A stretch of DNA of 64,000 bases from the human T2T-CHM13v2.0 reference genome, Homo sapiens, in the NCBI RefSeq assembly GCF_009914755.1, contig NC_060934.1; one strand, written 5' to 3'. The position numbers were made by a program, and so were the translations under genes. Shown in pieces: positions 34,761 to 51,620 of the stretch (position 1 is its first letter; each line of letters starts with the position of its first letter). The notes under the pieces were generated by a model. The model had not been told where the DNA came from. It did not search any database and saw only the letters and a program-made list of their open reading frames with translations.

Positions 34761-36253
34761 AGCCAAAACAATATTGAAAATGAACAAAGTTGGAGGTCTC
34801 ATACTTCCTGATTTCAAAACTTATCACAAAACTACAGTAATCAAAGTGGTGTGGTACATCAAACTGGTGTAGATCAATAGGCTAGAGTAGAAAGTCCAGA
34901 AATAAACCCTCACATATATGGTTAAATAATTTTTGAAAAGGGAGCCAAGATTATTTGATGAAAGAAGGGACAGTTTTCCCAACAAATGATGTTTATTGGA
35001 AAAATGCATATTCATATGCAAAAGAATGAAGTTGAACTCTTACCTCATGCCATATACAAAAATTAAATCAAAAGGGATTAAAGACCTAAACATAATGCTA
35101 AAACTACAAAACTCTTAGAAGAAATAGCAAATGCATCATGTTGTTGAATTTGGCAATGACTTCTTGGGTATGACACCGAAAAGACAGGCAAATAGAGAGC
35201 AAAAATAGATAAACTGGACTACATCAAAATTAAAAACTTCTGTTCACCAAAGGACACAATCAATAGAGTAAAAAAGTAATTAATGGGATGAGAGAAAATG
35301 TTTGTAAACCATACACCTAATAAGAAGTTAATATCCAGAACATACAAAGAATTCCTACAACTCAATGATAAAGAAGACAACCAATCTGATTAAGAAATGT
35401 TCAAAGAACTTGAATAGACATTATTAAAAGCAGATACAAAATGGCCAACAAGCCTATGAAAAGATGCTCAATGTCACTGATCATTAGGGAAATGCAAAAC
35501 AAAACCACAATGAGATGTCACCTCACACCCTGGCTACTATAAAATAACAAACAGCAACAACAAATACAGAAAATAAGAAGTGTTGCTGAGGATGCAGAGA
35601 AATTGGAACCTTCGTTTGTGCACTCTTGGCGGGAATGTAAAATGGTGCAGCTGCTGTGGAAACAGTATGGTGGTTTATCAAAAAATTAAAAACAGAAATA
35701 TCATGGGATCCAGCAATACTGCTTCTGAATATACAGCTAAAAGATTCAAAGCAGGATCTCAAAAGATTTGAAAGCATGGTCTTAAAGAGATATTTGTACA
35801 TTAACGTCCATAAAGCATTATCCACAATGGCGAAAGGGTGGAAGCAATTGTCGGATGAACAGAAAAACAAAATGTGGTATATACACAGAATAGAATATTA
35901 TTTATTCTTAAAAAGGAAGGGAATTCTGACATACGCTATGTTATGGATGAACCTTGAGGACATCTTGCTAAATTAAATAAGACAATCACAAAAAGACAAA
36001 TGCTGTATGAGTCCACTTATAATAAGGTACCTAGAGTGGTCACATTCATAAAAAGTAGAATGGTGGTTGCCAGGGGCTGGGTAGAGGCAAAGTGGGGAGT
36101 TCTTTAATGGATACAGGGTTTTGGTTTTGCAAGATGAAAATGATGTGGAGATTGGTTGCACAACAATGTGGTTATACTTAACACTAAGAACTGTACACTA
36201 AAAAATGGTTAAGATGATAAATGTTATCAGTATTTTACCACAATTTAAAAAAA
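34761..36253 (+). mobile_element. L1MB-like 5'-truncated LINE-1
   Basis: ORF2 3' third remnant plus 3'UTR ending AAAAATGGTTAAGATGATAAAT...TTTTACCACAATTTAAAAAAA; may interrupt a MER91-like hAT fragment (34658-34750 / 36254-36353). Confidence 0.85.
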
Positions 36254-37779
36254 TGTATAGTCAGCTCTCCAAGCCATGCTTTTGTGGAGACCATCCAGAG
36301 GGTCTCTTTTGTCTAATTTGCACAAAGGTATCATAAAAGACAACAGAGGCCCAGGAAACATGTCTCACCATAGCATTTGGGGCACATTTTGAGAAGCAGT
36401 TTAAAGCGATAATATGGAAAAACTTGGAGCGAAATGGATGTGTGTCCCAAAGGATATTAGATCCAAATGTTCAAAAACACAAATGGTGGGTTGTCTTAAG
36501 AAAATTATAGTGCCTGAAAAGATTTGTTCCTGAGAAAAAGACCATTCAGTCCTTATTCAGCAGTGGAACAAAGAACCACATTTGAGCAGGACTAAGAAAA
36601 CAGCTTGGATATGCTTGAAACACAGGACAAATAGGGGCTGGGGCTTCAGAGTTCAGAACCGTGAAGTGTGGCTGCAGTCATGTTGGAAACATTCTGAGTA
36701 AGTATTTACGGTCACTCACCGTGGCCATAAAACCTTCCGATAACTCATCCAGAAAATGATTAATTTTAAGCAATGCCATTTCCTAATGAAACTTCCAAGA
36801 TAAATTGGTTGCAAAAATGTACATTCTGGTAACTAAATGAGTTGACCTGCAGAACACAAGTGTTAGATCTAAGTCAATTAAATGTTGGCAGGTGGCTAAT
36901 CTGGAGTTTAGAGAAGTTGATCTTAATTCATTCTTTTGGTTTGAAATTGGATACCAGGTCCACTGGTCTTTTGGGCTTACTTCTAATTTATGACTATTAA
37001 TGAGAAAATAGTTCCAGTTTATCTAAAATGGGCTTAGGTAAAATGTAAGGTGAAAGCAGTATGTATAGGACACATTCCTCTTTTATCACTATCTATAATT
37101 AATATTTCCGTAGAACACATTTTTTCAGGGACACTGGTCAGTGTTATGTATAAGCATCAGTGATTAGGGACTTGCGATTAAATGTCTCAAAGGAAAGATA
37201 TTATTGAGGGTGTTGATTCTCCTTATTTTTCCATATATTTAAAACAATTCCAACCAAATGTGTCTCATGACTACTTTTTTAAAACCTAACAAAAAATAAA
37301 AACACAAATGTTACCAGTTAAGAAATTGTTATATAAGAGTAATGAGGAAGTATATTATTAACAGAGATAAAATACATTGTATCATTCAGAAATAGACACA
37401 CGTGTGTTGACAGAATTTATTCTTGCAAGAAATTGGGTGAAAGGTGAAGATGGCTTGATCATTTAGAAGTCCCAATTGACTGGATAACCATTTGGAAAGA
37501 AAAATGAATGCGGACCCCTATCTCATGCCAGATTTAATTCAGAGTTAATTTTTACTTTATTTTATTTTATTATTATTATACTTTAAGTTTTAGGGTACAT
37601 GTGCACAATGCGCAGGTTTGTTACATATGTATACCTGTGCCATGTTGGTGTGCTGCACCCATTAACTCATCATTTAGCATTAGGTATATCTCCTAATACT
37701 ATCCCTCCCCCCTCCCCCTACCCCACAACAGTCCCTGGAGTGTGATGTTCCCGTTCCTGTGTCCATGTGTTCTCATTGT

Positions 37780-41618
<3,839 letters not shown>

Positions 41619-41666
41619 TTACTTTGCTCGTTAGTTGATGTAGTTTCTTCCTGGCCTTGACAGTCT

Positions 41667-42682
41667 TTACATTTTGGCATGTTTTTGCAGTGGCTGGTTC
41701 CAGTTTTTCCTTTCCATGTTTAGTGCTTCCTTCAGGAGCTGTTGTACGGCAGGCCTGGTGGTGACAAAATCTCTCAGCATTTGCTTGTCTGTAAAAGATT
41801 TTATTTCTTCTTCACTTAGGAAGCTTAGTTTGGCTGGATATGAAATTCTGGGTTGAAAATTCTTTTCTTTAAGAATGTTGAATATTGGCCCCCACTCTCT
41901 TTTGGCTTGTAGAGTTTCTGACGACAGATCTGCTGTTAGTCTGATGGGCTTCCCTTTGTGAGTAACCTGACCTTTCTCTCTGGCTGCCCTTAACATTTTT
42001 TCCTTCATTTCAACTTTGGTGAATGTGACAATTATGTGTCTTGGAGTTGCTCTTCTCAAGGAGTATCTCTGTGGCTTTCTGTGTATTTCCTGAATCTGAA
42101 TGTTGGCCTGCTTTGCTAGACTGGGGAAGTTCTCCCGGATAATAACCTGCAGAGTGTTTTCCAACTTGGTTCCATTCTCCCTGTCACTTTCAGGTACACC
42201 AATCAGATGTAGATTTGGTCTTCTCACATAGTCCTATATTTTTGGAGGCTTTGTTCGTTTCTTTTTATTCTTTTTTGTCTAAACTTCCCTTCTCACTTCA
42301 TTTCATTCATTTCGTCTTCTATCACTGATATCCTTTCTTCCAGTTGATTGCATTGGCTCCTGAGGCTTCTGCATTCTTCACGTAGTTCTCGAGCCTTGGC
42401 TTTCAGCTCCATCAGCTCCTTTAAAGACTTATCTGTATTGGTTATTCTAGTTATCCATTCATCTAATTTTTTTTCACAGTTTTTAACTTCTTTGCCATTG
42501 GTTTGAATTTCCTCCTGTAGCTCAGAGTAGTTTGATTGTCTGAAGCCTTCTTCTCTCAGCTCGTGAAAGTCATTCTCTGTCCAGCTTTGTTCCCTTGCTG
42601 GTGATGAGCTGCATTCCTTTGGAGGAGGAGAGGCACTCTGCTTTTTATAGTTTCCAGTTTTTCTGCTCTGTTTTTTCCCTAT
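41667..42682 (-). pseudogene. L1 ORF1 of copy C, disrupted
   Basis: Start codon mutated to ATA (42682-42680); frameshift near 42240; C-terminal 186-aa piece ending QPLQKHAKM. Confidence 0.88.
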
Positions 42683-45260
42683 CTTTGTGGTTTTATCTAC
42701 TTTTGGTCTTTGATGATGGTGACGTACAGAAGGGTTTTTGGTGTGGATGTCCTTTCTGTTTGTCAGTTTTCCTTCTGACAGACAGGACCCTCAGCTGCAC
42801 GTCTGTTAGAGTTTGATAGAGGTCCACTCCAGACCTTTTTTGCCTGGGTATCAGCAGCTATGGCTACAGAACAGCAGTGGCTGCAGAACAGTGGATCTTG
42901 GTGAACTGCAAATGCTGCTGCCTGATTGTTCCTCTGGAACTTTTGTCTCAGAGGAGTACCCGGCCATGTGAGGTGTCAGTCTGCCCCAACTGGGGGGTGC
43001 CTCCCAGTTAGGCTTCTCGTGGGTCAAGGACCCACTTGAGGAGGCAGTCTGCCCATTCTCAGATCTCCAGCTGCATGCTGGGAGAACCACTACTCTCTTC
43101 AAAGCTGTCAGACAGGGACATTTAAGTCTGCAGAGGTTACTGCTGTCTTTTTGTTTGTCTGTGCCCTGCCCCCAGAGGTGGAGTCTACAGAGGCAGGCAA
43201 GCCTCCTTGAGCTGTGGTGGGCTCCACCCAGTTGGAACTTCCTGGCTGCTTTGTTTACCTAATCAAGCCTGGACAATGGCAGGAGGCCCTCCCCCAGCCT
43301 AGCTGCCGCCTAGCAGTTTGATCTCAGACTGCTGTGCTAGCAATCAGCGAGACTCTGTGGGTGTAGGACCCTCCTAGCCCAGTGTGGGATGTAATCTCCT
43401 GGTGTGCCATTTTTTAAGCCCATTGGAAAAGTACAGTATTAGGGTGGGGGTGACCCGACTTTCCAGGTGCCATCTGTCACCCCTTTCTTCGACTAGGAAA
43501 GGGAACTCCCTGACCCCTTGTGCTTCCCGAGTGAGACAATGCCTCGCCCTGCTTCAGCTCACACACGGTGTGCTGCACCCACTGTCCTGCACCCACTGTC
43601 TGGCACTCCCTAGTGAGATGAACCCGGTACCTCAGATGGAAATGCACAAATCACCCGTCTTCTGCGTTGCTCAAACTGGGAGCTGTAGACTGGAGCTTTT
43701 CCTATTCGGCCATCTTGGCTCCACCTCTAATGCAGAGTTAATTAAAATTCTAAATACAAAGCCTGAAAACAGTATGTGCTAAAACAACATAAATGAATCT
43801 TTATCTAATCATGAGGGAGTGGCATTTCCAAACATGGCCCCAGAAGCAGAACCCTTGAAGGGCGGATTTTGAAAGCTTTTCACAGTAAAATATACAGATC
43901 AGTACACATTCTTCTCAGATACCTGAAGAATAGTCATAAAACAGACTGTGATTAGGACACAAAGGACATCTCCATAAATCCCCAAGGCAGAGAACTTTGA
44001 TCCATATCCCTTCATTGCAACACAATTATATATATTTAGAAAAGCATTTTAAAAAAAAATCTACTCCCATCTCTCATTCTCTTCCAAAGCAAACAAAAAA
44101 CCCCACATAGACATTTAAAATTAAAACAACTTTATATCACATTCATGGTTTAAATCAAAAGTAAAAATTGAAATTGAGAATCAGCAATTATAGCACTAAA
44201 CGGCTAAACTTGAGGGCTGGAGCCAGAGCATCTGTGGAGATATTTTACAACTTTCAAAGTTTTAGTAAGACATAATGAAAACTGAAAGCCTGAATACATT
44301 TTTTTTGTTTGTTTTTACCTCTCATTTCATCAGTGAAATCCCAAAGAGAAGAAATCTGCCAGAGAAGAGGATGGAATGGACTTGGGTAGGTCAGGCCATA
44401 AGCTGATGAGGTTTCAGCAAATTTCCCAGTTATGGAAAGGAGCAAGGAACATCCAAGGATATGAGAAAGAGGGGAGCCACAAACTGGAATCTGAACATAA
44501 GAGCAGCTGCAGCAGAGGACGGCACCCCTCATCCTAACATCTCCCTGGGAGCCCCAGGCTGTCAGCACCCTGACCATTTACAGAGACCAGATCAGTAACC
44601 TGCCTCCTACCCCCCCCAGCAAACAGAATTTTAATTTATCCTTTTGTTCCAATCACAGAGTGAACAGCTCTCTAGCATTTTTCCACTAGTCGACAAAACC
44701 AAAAGCCAAATCATGGGAACTTTTTTTGAAGAAAATATTAACAAGAAGCCTGAACCATTAGCATATGGGTGTTGGGATCACAAATCAAGGCCATCTTCAC
44801 TTAGGGGCCTCTCTGCACATACCTCACCTCCTATCCTCAGGAGTCATCTCAGGGAATGAAGGAGGGGGAAGCTATCTAAAAGGTTTGCCCTCCACTTTCC
44901 CCCATAAGGACTGTTAAAATGACAAGATTAGAATAAACTTTCAATTAGTTTGAATGCTTGAAAACATAGACTATCATTTTCCCCACTGGTCAGCAGTTGA
45001 GGGTCATGGAGTCCAGTTCAGCTAACAACAAAATCAAGGACTTACAGCGTGGGTTTGAATGTGGGAGCATGCTATAACTCAACCCATACAAATGTCTTCC
45101 TTTCCCTCTATTGCCCACAGGCTCCTGAGCACCCATTTACCTAGGCTGGTCCCCCTACAAATTTATGGTTTCCAATATCTAGAGAAGACTCAAAATCTGT
45201 CTGGCTTATCTTTTTTTTTCTTCTCTCCAGCTATATTAGAAGGTGTCCCTCTTCTTCCAG

Positions 45261-45572
45261 TGAACCCATGATCACTGTCCTTGAATCCATGGTCACCATT
45301 CCTGAACCTATGGTCACTACCTTTGAACCCATGGTCATTGCCATGGACCCATGTTCACTGTCTTTGAACCCATGGTCACTGTCCTTGAACTCATGGTCAC
45401 TACTCTTGAATCTATGGTCACTGGCTTTGAAGCCATGATCACCATACTTGAACTCATGGTTACCACCCTTGAACTCATAATCACTATTCTTGAGCCCACG
45501 GTCATTAGTCTAGAACTACAGTCACTGCCCTTGAACTCATGGTCTCTGCCCTTTAACCCATGATCATCACCC
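45261..45572. repeat. 21-bp minisatellite, ~15 diverged units (consensus TGAACCCATGGTCACTGYCCT)
   Basis: Read directly from the sequence; produces the heptad-like ORF 45351-45563. Confidence 0.92.
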
Positions 45573-46799
45573 TCCCTGTCCTACAATAACATCCCCTCTA
45601 GTATTCTCAGCCTTCAAAATCATGACATATGGGGATAACAGTTTCTGCCCAGTCTCCTTTCAAAGAGTCTTTTTCCACATCCAGACCTGTGCAATGTTTA
45701 CAGGGGTCAGGAGCTGCTCTGAGATTCTGCTTCCCCCCGCCATATGTCTGAGCACTAGACTGGGAAAGACAGGTAGGGACAGCAAGTAGGGAAGGGCCAA
45801 CAGCCAGCCTTGTCTCCTGCAAGTGGAGACAGTTCACATGCTATGCAAGTGGAGCCCTGAGACTGTCCCCAAGCCTGCTTCCTTTTAAACAGATTGCTTT
45901 TGAATAACATTAGGGAATAGGAAAATTGGAGGATATGTTTCCCGTTTGGCCTGAAAGTCCAAGTATAGACCAGAGCCCCAGAAATCTGTTATCAGAGATG
46001 CACACAAGCTGCAACCTGCATGGCACCCCTGCCCTCTTGTATTTCCTTCGTAGGTCAGAAGATTGGCCAGGATGCTGCTTGATTCTCTCTCTGGTGCAAT
46101 ATATGATCAAGGTTTGGGAGGAGCCCAGTGTGTGGTCACCCCGTATATGAGAACAGACTGACTGCTGATGAAATACCTGCCAGGGAAGGGAATCTGGAAA
46201 TTCATTCATTTCATTTGTTCCTTCATCTCTCAATTTCTTTATTCTAGATCAGTTATCTCTTAATAAGCACATAGAATAAATAGCTTTTAATTTTCTTTGT
46301 TAGAGAGACAGAAGTTGATTTATGGCAAGGGAGCGTGATTGAGAGCCAAAGAGTGGAGGAAAAGTTTTTCGAGGAGGCACTTTCCAGGAGGAAAGCCCTG
46401 TCTGCTGTGCAGGTGAGAGGTGTCAAGTGGAGGCAGCATACGAAACCACAGCAGGGACAGGAGGTGCCCACATCTCCAGGAAACTCCTTGTTAGCATCAC
46501 CACACATCCTGTAAGAAGAAGAGATCTCACTGTCCTCGGCTTCTAGCTCCTTTCTTTTCCAGAATAAGGTGATTGTTCTGGGATAAGCAAACTTTGTCTG
46601 CAGGAAATTGTTAAAGAGCTACCGTTGTGTGGACTCATTTCTCTCATGCTTTGAATTTGAAAGAGTAAATCAATTAGAAGCAAGAGCTCGGGCTGCCTGA
46701 TGGAAATTATCCCTGAGAGGACTGAACAGATCACCAAAACCAGTACTCAGGGCTATCTGTAGGGCAATGAATGAATGCATCAGACCCACACCAGTGTGG

Positions 46800-46942
46800 A
46801 AGCAGTTCTGGGACCATATGAAATGTGGCTAGTAAGCCTGGGAAAATTGGATTTTTAATTTACTTTTATTTAAATTACTTTGCATTTAAGTTCAGACGGC
46901 TGCAGGTAGCTCATAGCCACCAAATTGACCAGGGCAGATCTA
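46800..46942. mobile_element. MER3/MER33-like hAT-Charlie fragment
   Basis: GAAATGTGGCTAGT...ATTTTTAATTTACTTTTATTTAAATT...AAATTGACCAGGGCAG. Confidence 0.55.
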
Positions 46943-47607
46943 AAGGACTTCATGAATATTAAAATGATTTGAAGCTTATTATAATAGAAGAGAGTAAAAT
47001 TTTTTTAAAAGTGTGTATTTGTTGATATACAACCCTATAATCTCATTTGTAGGCAAAAAAACAAAGAAAATAAAAGCACAACAAACAAATCAGACTTATT
47101 GACAAGTCAAGTGCTATTGGTGTTATCTCATTACCACTAGAAGCTGCTTCACCCTAGGGTCACGGGCTCTAGCTGAAGTTTTAAAATGCTATGGGAGAGC
47201 CAAAGTGTGCCCATGGGTTGGAAGAGACAGGGCAGAGTACAGATATCAGGAGAAAAGTTCAGGGGACAAAGAAACTTTGTGGCACTAACAGAAAAAAGAA
47301 CAGTCAGGGATTTTGAAGTGAGATGTGTTCCCTTTTCTTCATATCCAATGTCCTTTACTAATCGTTAAGGAGGTCAAGGACCAGGGACACAGCAAAACTA
47401 GGGAGTGACAACCCTCTGAGTATTGAACATCTGCTGAGAAAGGGGCGGCTCCAGGCTATTCTCCAGTGCAAGAGGACAAAGAGAGAAGAGACGAGGTCAT
47501 CGGTGCCCTGGGCCATAGACACGGGAGACTCACGAGGGTGATGGGAAGGCAAGGGAGGAGGCAGAGGGGCGTTTGGAGTGGCCTGCCTCCAACAACAGAG
47601 GCTTCCA

Positions 47608-48050
47608 TTTGTTTCATTCCATTGATGCTTAGTAAGCATATTGGCCTTTATATAGTTCTTGGTGCTAGGGAGGCAGCAACAACAAAAGACACCTGATATC
47701 TGCCCTCAAGGAACTAAAAGTCTACCAGGAAAGCCAGAAGTTAAATACACCGTCATGTAAAATTAATTAAGCATACTCTCAGAGGCTATGAAAGCATATG
47801 GTTGGCAAAGCTGACCCAATCATAATGGGCAGAACCTAGTGCAGGCCTCCCATAAGAAAGCATTTCAGCAAATACCCAAAATGTCAGTAGGTGTTCCCTA
47901 GAAGAAAGAAGAGCAGACTCAGAAGGGAAATCCTGTATAGGAAGCCTTGGAGATCTGAGAGACCCCTGGGGAGAGAGGCAGGGGCTAGCATAGAACCTGC
48001 AGGCAGAGGGGTCACACAGGGCTGGAGCAGCCTGAAGGCCTGTGGAGCCA
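47608..48050 (-). mobile_element. L2 3' fragment
   Basis: GGTGCTAGGGAGGCAGCA...CTGCCCTCAAGGAACTAAAAGTCTA motif. Confidence 0.55.
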
Positions 48051-48199
48051 CATCCATTTCTTCAGCTATCAGCTCACCAAAAAAAGGGACAATGGAAAGG
48101 TCAGCCAGGATTCAGGCAAAGCACATTGTAGGATAGCGGTGGTGCCATTCCATCTGTCCTGGCCAACTTTGTTTGACACCAAAAGCAAACTAATGCCAC

Positions 48200-48373
48200 A
48201 GAGCCCGCTTTATCTGGAGTCTTATGGAAGAGCCCACTTTCTCTGGGGTCCTATGGAAGAGCCCACTTTATCTGGGGTCATATGGAAGAGCTCTCTTTAT
48301 CTGAGGTCCTATGGGAAAACTCACTTTATCTGGGGTCCTATGGCAGAGTCCACTTTATCAGGAGTCCTATGGG
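48200..48373. repeat. 29-bp minisatellite, 6 units (consensus AGAGCCCACTTTATCTGGGGTCCTATGGA)
   Basis: Read directly from the sequence; six consecutive 29-bp units. Confidence 0.93.
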
Positions 48374-48804
48374 GTTGCACACCCCATGGTTCCCATCCAA
48401 GGTCATTGCACACCCAATGGCAGTGGGGCTGTTTCAGGCCATATGGGTAACAAAGGAACGTGAATTTGGGGCGAAGACTTTGCTACAAGTAATCCACAGA
48501 GACCCTGGTCTCCACATTTGAAATGCCTCCAACTGAACAGGGGAAGCATTCTACTCTTGCCTTTACCCAAGATGGGGGAGCCAAGGACATTTCTCTTAGT
48601 GTTACCAGAAACTCCAGCTTCCTGCACATCCAACTTAGTTATTCATTGTTGGGGCATAATACTGGAGGCTTCCATACTTTGGGCTCCACATCCACTGTGA
48701 TTTTGTGAATAAATCAGAAACGTTACAATCTGCTTGGATCTGCACAGCTGGTGAGGAGAAAGAGCCTCGTATGCATCTTAGCCTGGGTTAAGCCTGGGTT
48801 TGTT

Positions 48805-48975
48805 GCTGGGTGCTCAGTTCAATTTACATTTCAGATAAACAAGAAACCACTCTGTAGCTTAAGTCTGTCCTAGGATGTGAAAATATTGCCCTAGACAGTT
48901 ATACTAGCAAAATGATTTGTGATTTTTATGAAATGCAAATTTAACTGGACATTTTTATTTTATCTGGCAACTCTG
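48805..48975. mobile_element. MER53-like hAT MITE
   Basis: TTTCAGATAAACAA ... GAAATGCAAATTTAACTGG ... ATCTGGCAACTCT quasi-palindromic structure. Confidence 0.6.
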
Positions 48976-49159
48976 TGTGTGGGTGATGGGTGACATCTTA
49001 CTGTAGTGCATGGGGGCTTCTGGGAAAGATTTGGAAAAGGAACTGGTACAGCTGAGGGTAATCCCTGAGAGAAGACTGTGGGATTCTGTAGTTTTGTGGC
49101 TCTGAAATAAAGCTCCAAAAAATGGCAGCTTCGTGGAAGCATGGGATAGGGGGCCAGCC

Positions 49160-49330
49160 AGCCTAACCGTGAACCTTAGTTCTGTCGCTGTGTGATCTTG
49201 TGCAACTACTTTGATTTCTCTGAGACTCAGTCTTCTTTCCAATGAGAGCTAGTAATATTTGTTTATGATAGTTTAAATAAAGATTAAAGATAAAGTATGC
49301 AAAGGATATGGAACCTTGTAAATATGTAAA
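49160..49330 (+). mobile_element. MIR fragment
   Basis: GCTGTGTGATCTTGTGCAACTACTTTGATTTCTCTGAGACTCAGT core. Confidence 0.65.
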
Positions 49331-49569
49331 TTGAAAAAATTATAATAAAAATGGTCAGAATTCTCCTGCGCAAAAAGACTAACATGATTGAAGAAGTAGG
49401 TTTATGAGGAAACTAAAGGCCAGGTGAAGTCAGCCATGCAGCTGTGGGGAGAGCTGGAGAGGGTGTTCTAGGTGCTTCCTAACCTGGCCCAGTGGACTTG
49501 GAAGTTGCCTCTAGCCTGTTGCTGTGGATTCTCACTGTCAGGCTTACCTGTGTCTCTCAGGACATTGTG

Positions 49570-50619
49570 CAATTTAACCTTGCACGACACAGGTTTGAAC
49601 TGTGCAAGTTCACTTACATGAGGACTTTTTTTCAATAAATACATTGGAAAACTTGGAGAATTGCTACAGTTTTTTAAAAAATGCAGCTGAATTCCATAGC
49701 TTAAAAATATTGACGAAACAAGAAAAAGGTAGGTATGTCACGAATGCACAAAATATATGTAGATACTAGTCAATTTTATCACTTACTACCATTAATTATG
49801 GAAATCTTATAAAAAGTTAAAATTTGTCAAAACTCATGCACACAAATGCTTACAGATCATACATGGTGCCATTCTTAGTCCAGAGAAATGTAAACAAATG
49901 TAAAGATGCATTACTAAATCATAACTGCATAAAATTAACTGTAGGACACACTATACCACCATAATAACTTCATAGCCATCTTCCGTTGCTATTGCAGTGA
50001 GTTCAAGGGTTGCCAGTGTCTGCTTATAATGCCCTGTGACACTAATCATCTCAGCATGGGCAGGACATCTCTCCAGTAAACTTCATATTGCAGAAAAAAG
50101 TGATTTCTAGATGTTCTCATGTATTTTTCATCATGTTTAGTGCAATACTGGAAACCAATAACACCATGGGACCCACGTGAAGTGCCACTAGTGATGCTAG
50201 AAGTGCTCCCAAGAAGCAGAAAAAAATCTTGACAGTACAAGAAAAAGGCGAATTGCTTGATATATACCATAGACTGAGGTCTGAAGCTGTGGTTGCTCTT
50301 CGCTTCAGGCAGATAATTCATCTTGTAAACAGATGACATAAACTTATGGTATTGATAAATACAGTACACTACTGTAAATGTATTTTTTCTTCCTTATGAT
50401 TTTCTTAATGAACTTTTCTTTTCTCTACCTTTTTTATTGAAGAATACAGTCTATAATACATATAAAATATGTGTTAATTGACTATATCATCAGCAAGGCT
50501 TCAAGTCAATGCCAGATTTTTAGTAGTTAAGTTTTGGGGGAGTCAAAAGTTATAACATGGATTTTCAACTGCATGATGAGTTGGTGCCCCTCAGTTCCGT
50601 GTTGTTCTAGGTTCAAATG
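49570..50619 (+). mobile_element. Tigger2b-like internally deleted TcMar-Tigger transposon (~1.05 kb)
   Basis: Decayed Tigger2 TIRs CAATTTAACCTTGCACGACACAGGTTTGAACTG / GTGTTGTTCTAGGTTCAAATG-TA; transposase 5' remnant GCTCCCAAGAAGCAGA. Confidence 0.85.
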
Positions 50620-50964
50620 TAAATACTTCTTGAGTAAAATAAAAAAAATTTGAGTGAGATGTACTAAAAGGAATTGAACTGGCTTGGGTTTAAAAGAGTT
50701 TTAAAGAGTTAAAGCCATCAATCTATTATTTGCTTTGATTTAACACACAACTGGAACCAAAATTACTATGTGCTTCTGGTGATGATGCACACAGATGATC
50801 TGGATTAGTATAACTAGCATGAGGTTTACCAAAGATATCACAGAAATGAATTTTCTGTAGTGCCTTCTTGGCGTGCACTATTGTACCAGGAGGGGCACAA
50901 AAAAGTAGAGAGAGGAAACACTTTCTCACAGTCAGGCACTGTGAGTGGTCCTTCTGCATCTTTG

Positions 50965-51475
50965 GGTCTTTTACAAACACAAATGTCCACAAACTCTTTG
51001 ACAGTCTTCAAAAAGTAAACCCTAATTATCTTCTTGTTAAATGAAAGCAGGACTCAGTGACTCATTTTTAACAAATAAATGTGGGCAGAGGTGATGGTGT
51101 GTGACTTTTAAAACTAGGTCATACAAGCCACTGCATCTTCTTTTCTCTCTTACTCTCTCATCACTGATCCAGGGGGAGGTGGGTGCCATGTTGTGAGGAC
51201 ACTCAAGCAGCCCTACATAGACACCCCCAGGATAAGAAACCGAGGCCTCCGGCCAACAGCCATAGAGTGCACCATCTAGTCCCAGTCAAGCCTTCAGATG
51301 ACTGCAGCCCTGGGCCAACACCTTGACTGCAGCTTCATAAAAGACCCTGATAGTGGCACCACCCAGTTAAGCTGTTTCTGGATTCCTTACTCTCAGATCT
51401 ATGGAAGATAGCAAATGCTTGCTGTTTTAAGCCATTTTGTGATAATTTGTTGTGCAGCAATGAAAAATTAATACA
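50965..51475 (+). mobile_element. MLT1F-like MaLR LTR
   Basis: GCCATGTTGTGAGGACACTCAAGCAGCCC, CCCAGTCAAGCCTTCAGATGACTGCAGCCC; ends GCAGCAATGAAAAATTAATACA. Confidence 0.8.
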
Positions 51476-51479
51476 AACA

Positions 51480-51620
51480 ACAATAGCTAACATGCATTGA
51501 GTGATAATATGTGCCAAGAACTCTTCTAAACATTTCATACATATTAACTATTATTATTTTTTATTTACAGATGAGGAGACTGAAGTACAGGAGACGTTAC
51601 CTAACTTATCCAAGGTAAGT
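51480..51620 (-). mobile_element. MIR fragment
   Basis: TTTACAGATGAGGAGACTGAAGTACAGGAGACGTTACCTAACTTATCCAAGGT. Confidence 0.7.

Noticed and set aside
43276-43782. L1 antisense ORF0 in copy C (and ORF 43384-43782)
   Set aside because: The ATG at 43276 is followed by TAG at codon 9; the listed ORF is only the downstream ORF0-like remainder running out of the element.
45261-48373. The two tandem arrays as CRISPR-like repeats or coding repeats
   Set aside because: The units are contiguous with no unique spacers, the DNA is human, and the heptad ORF is broken by indels and has no gene context.
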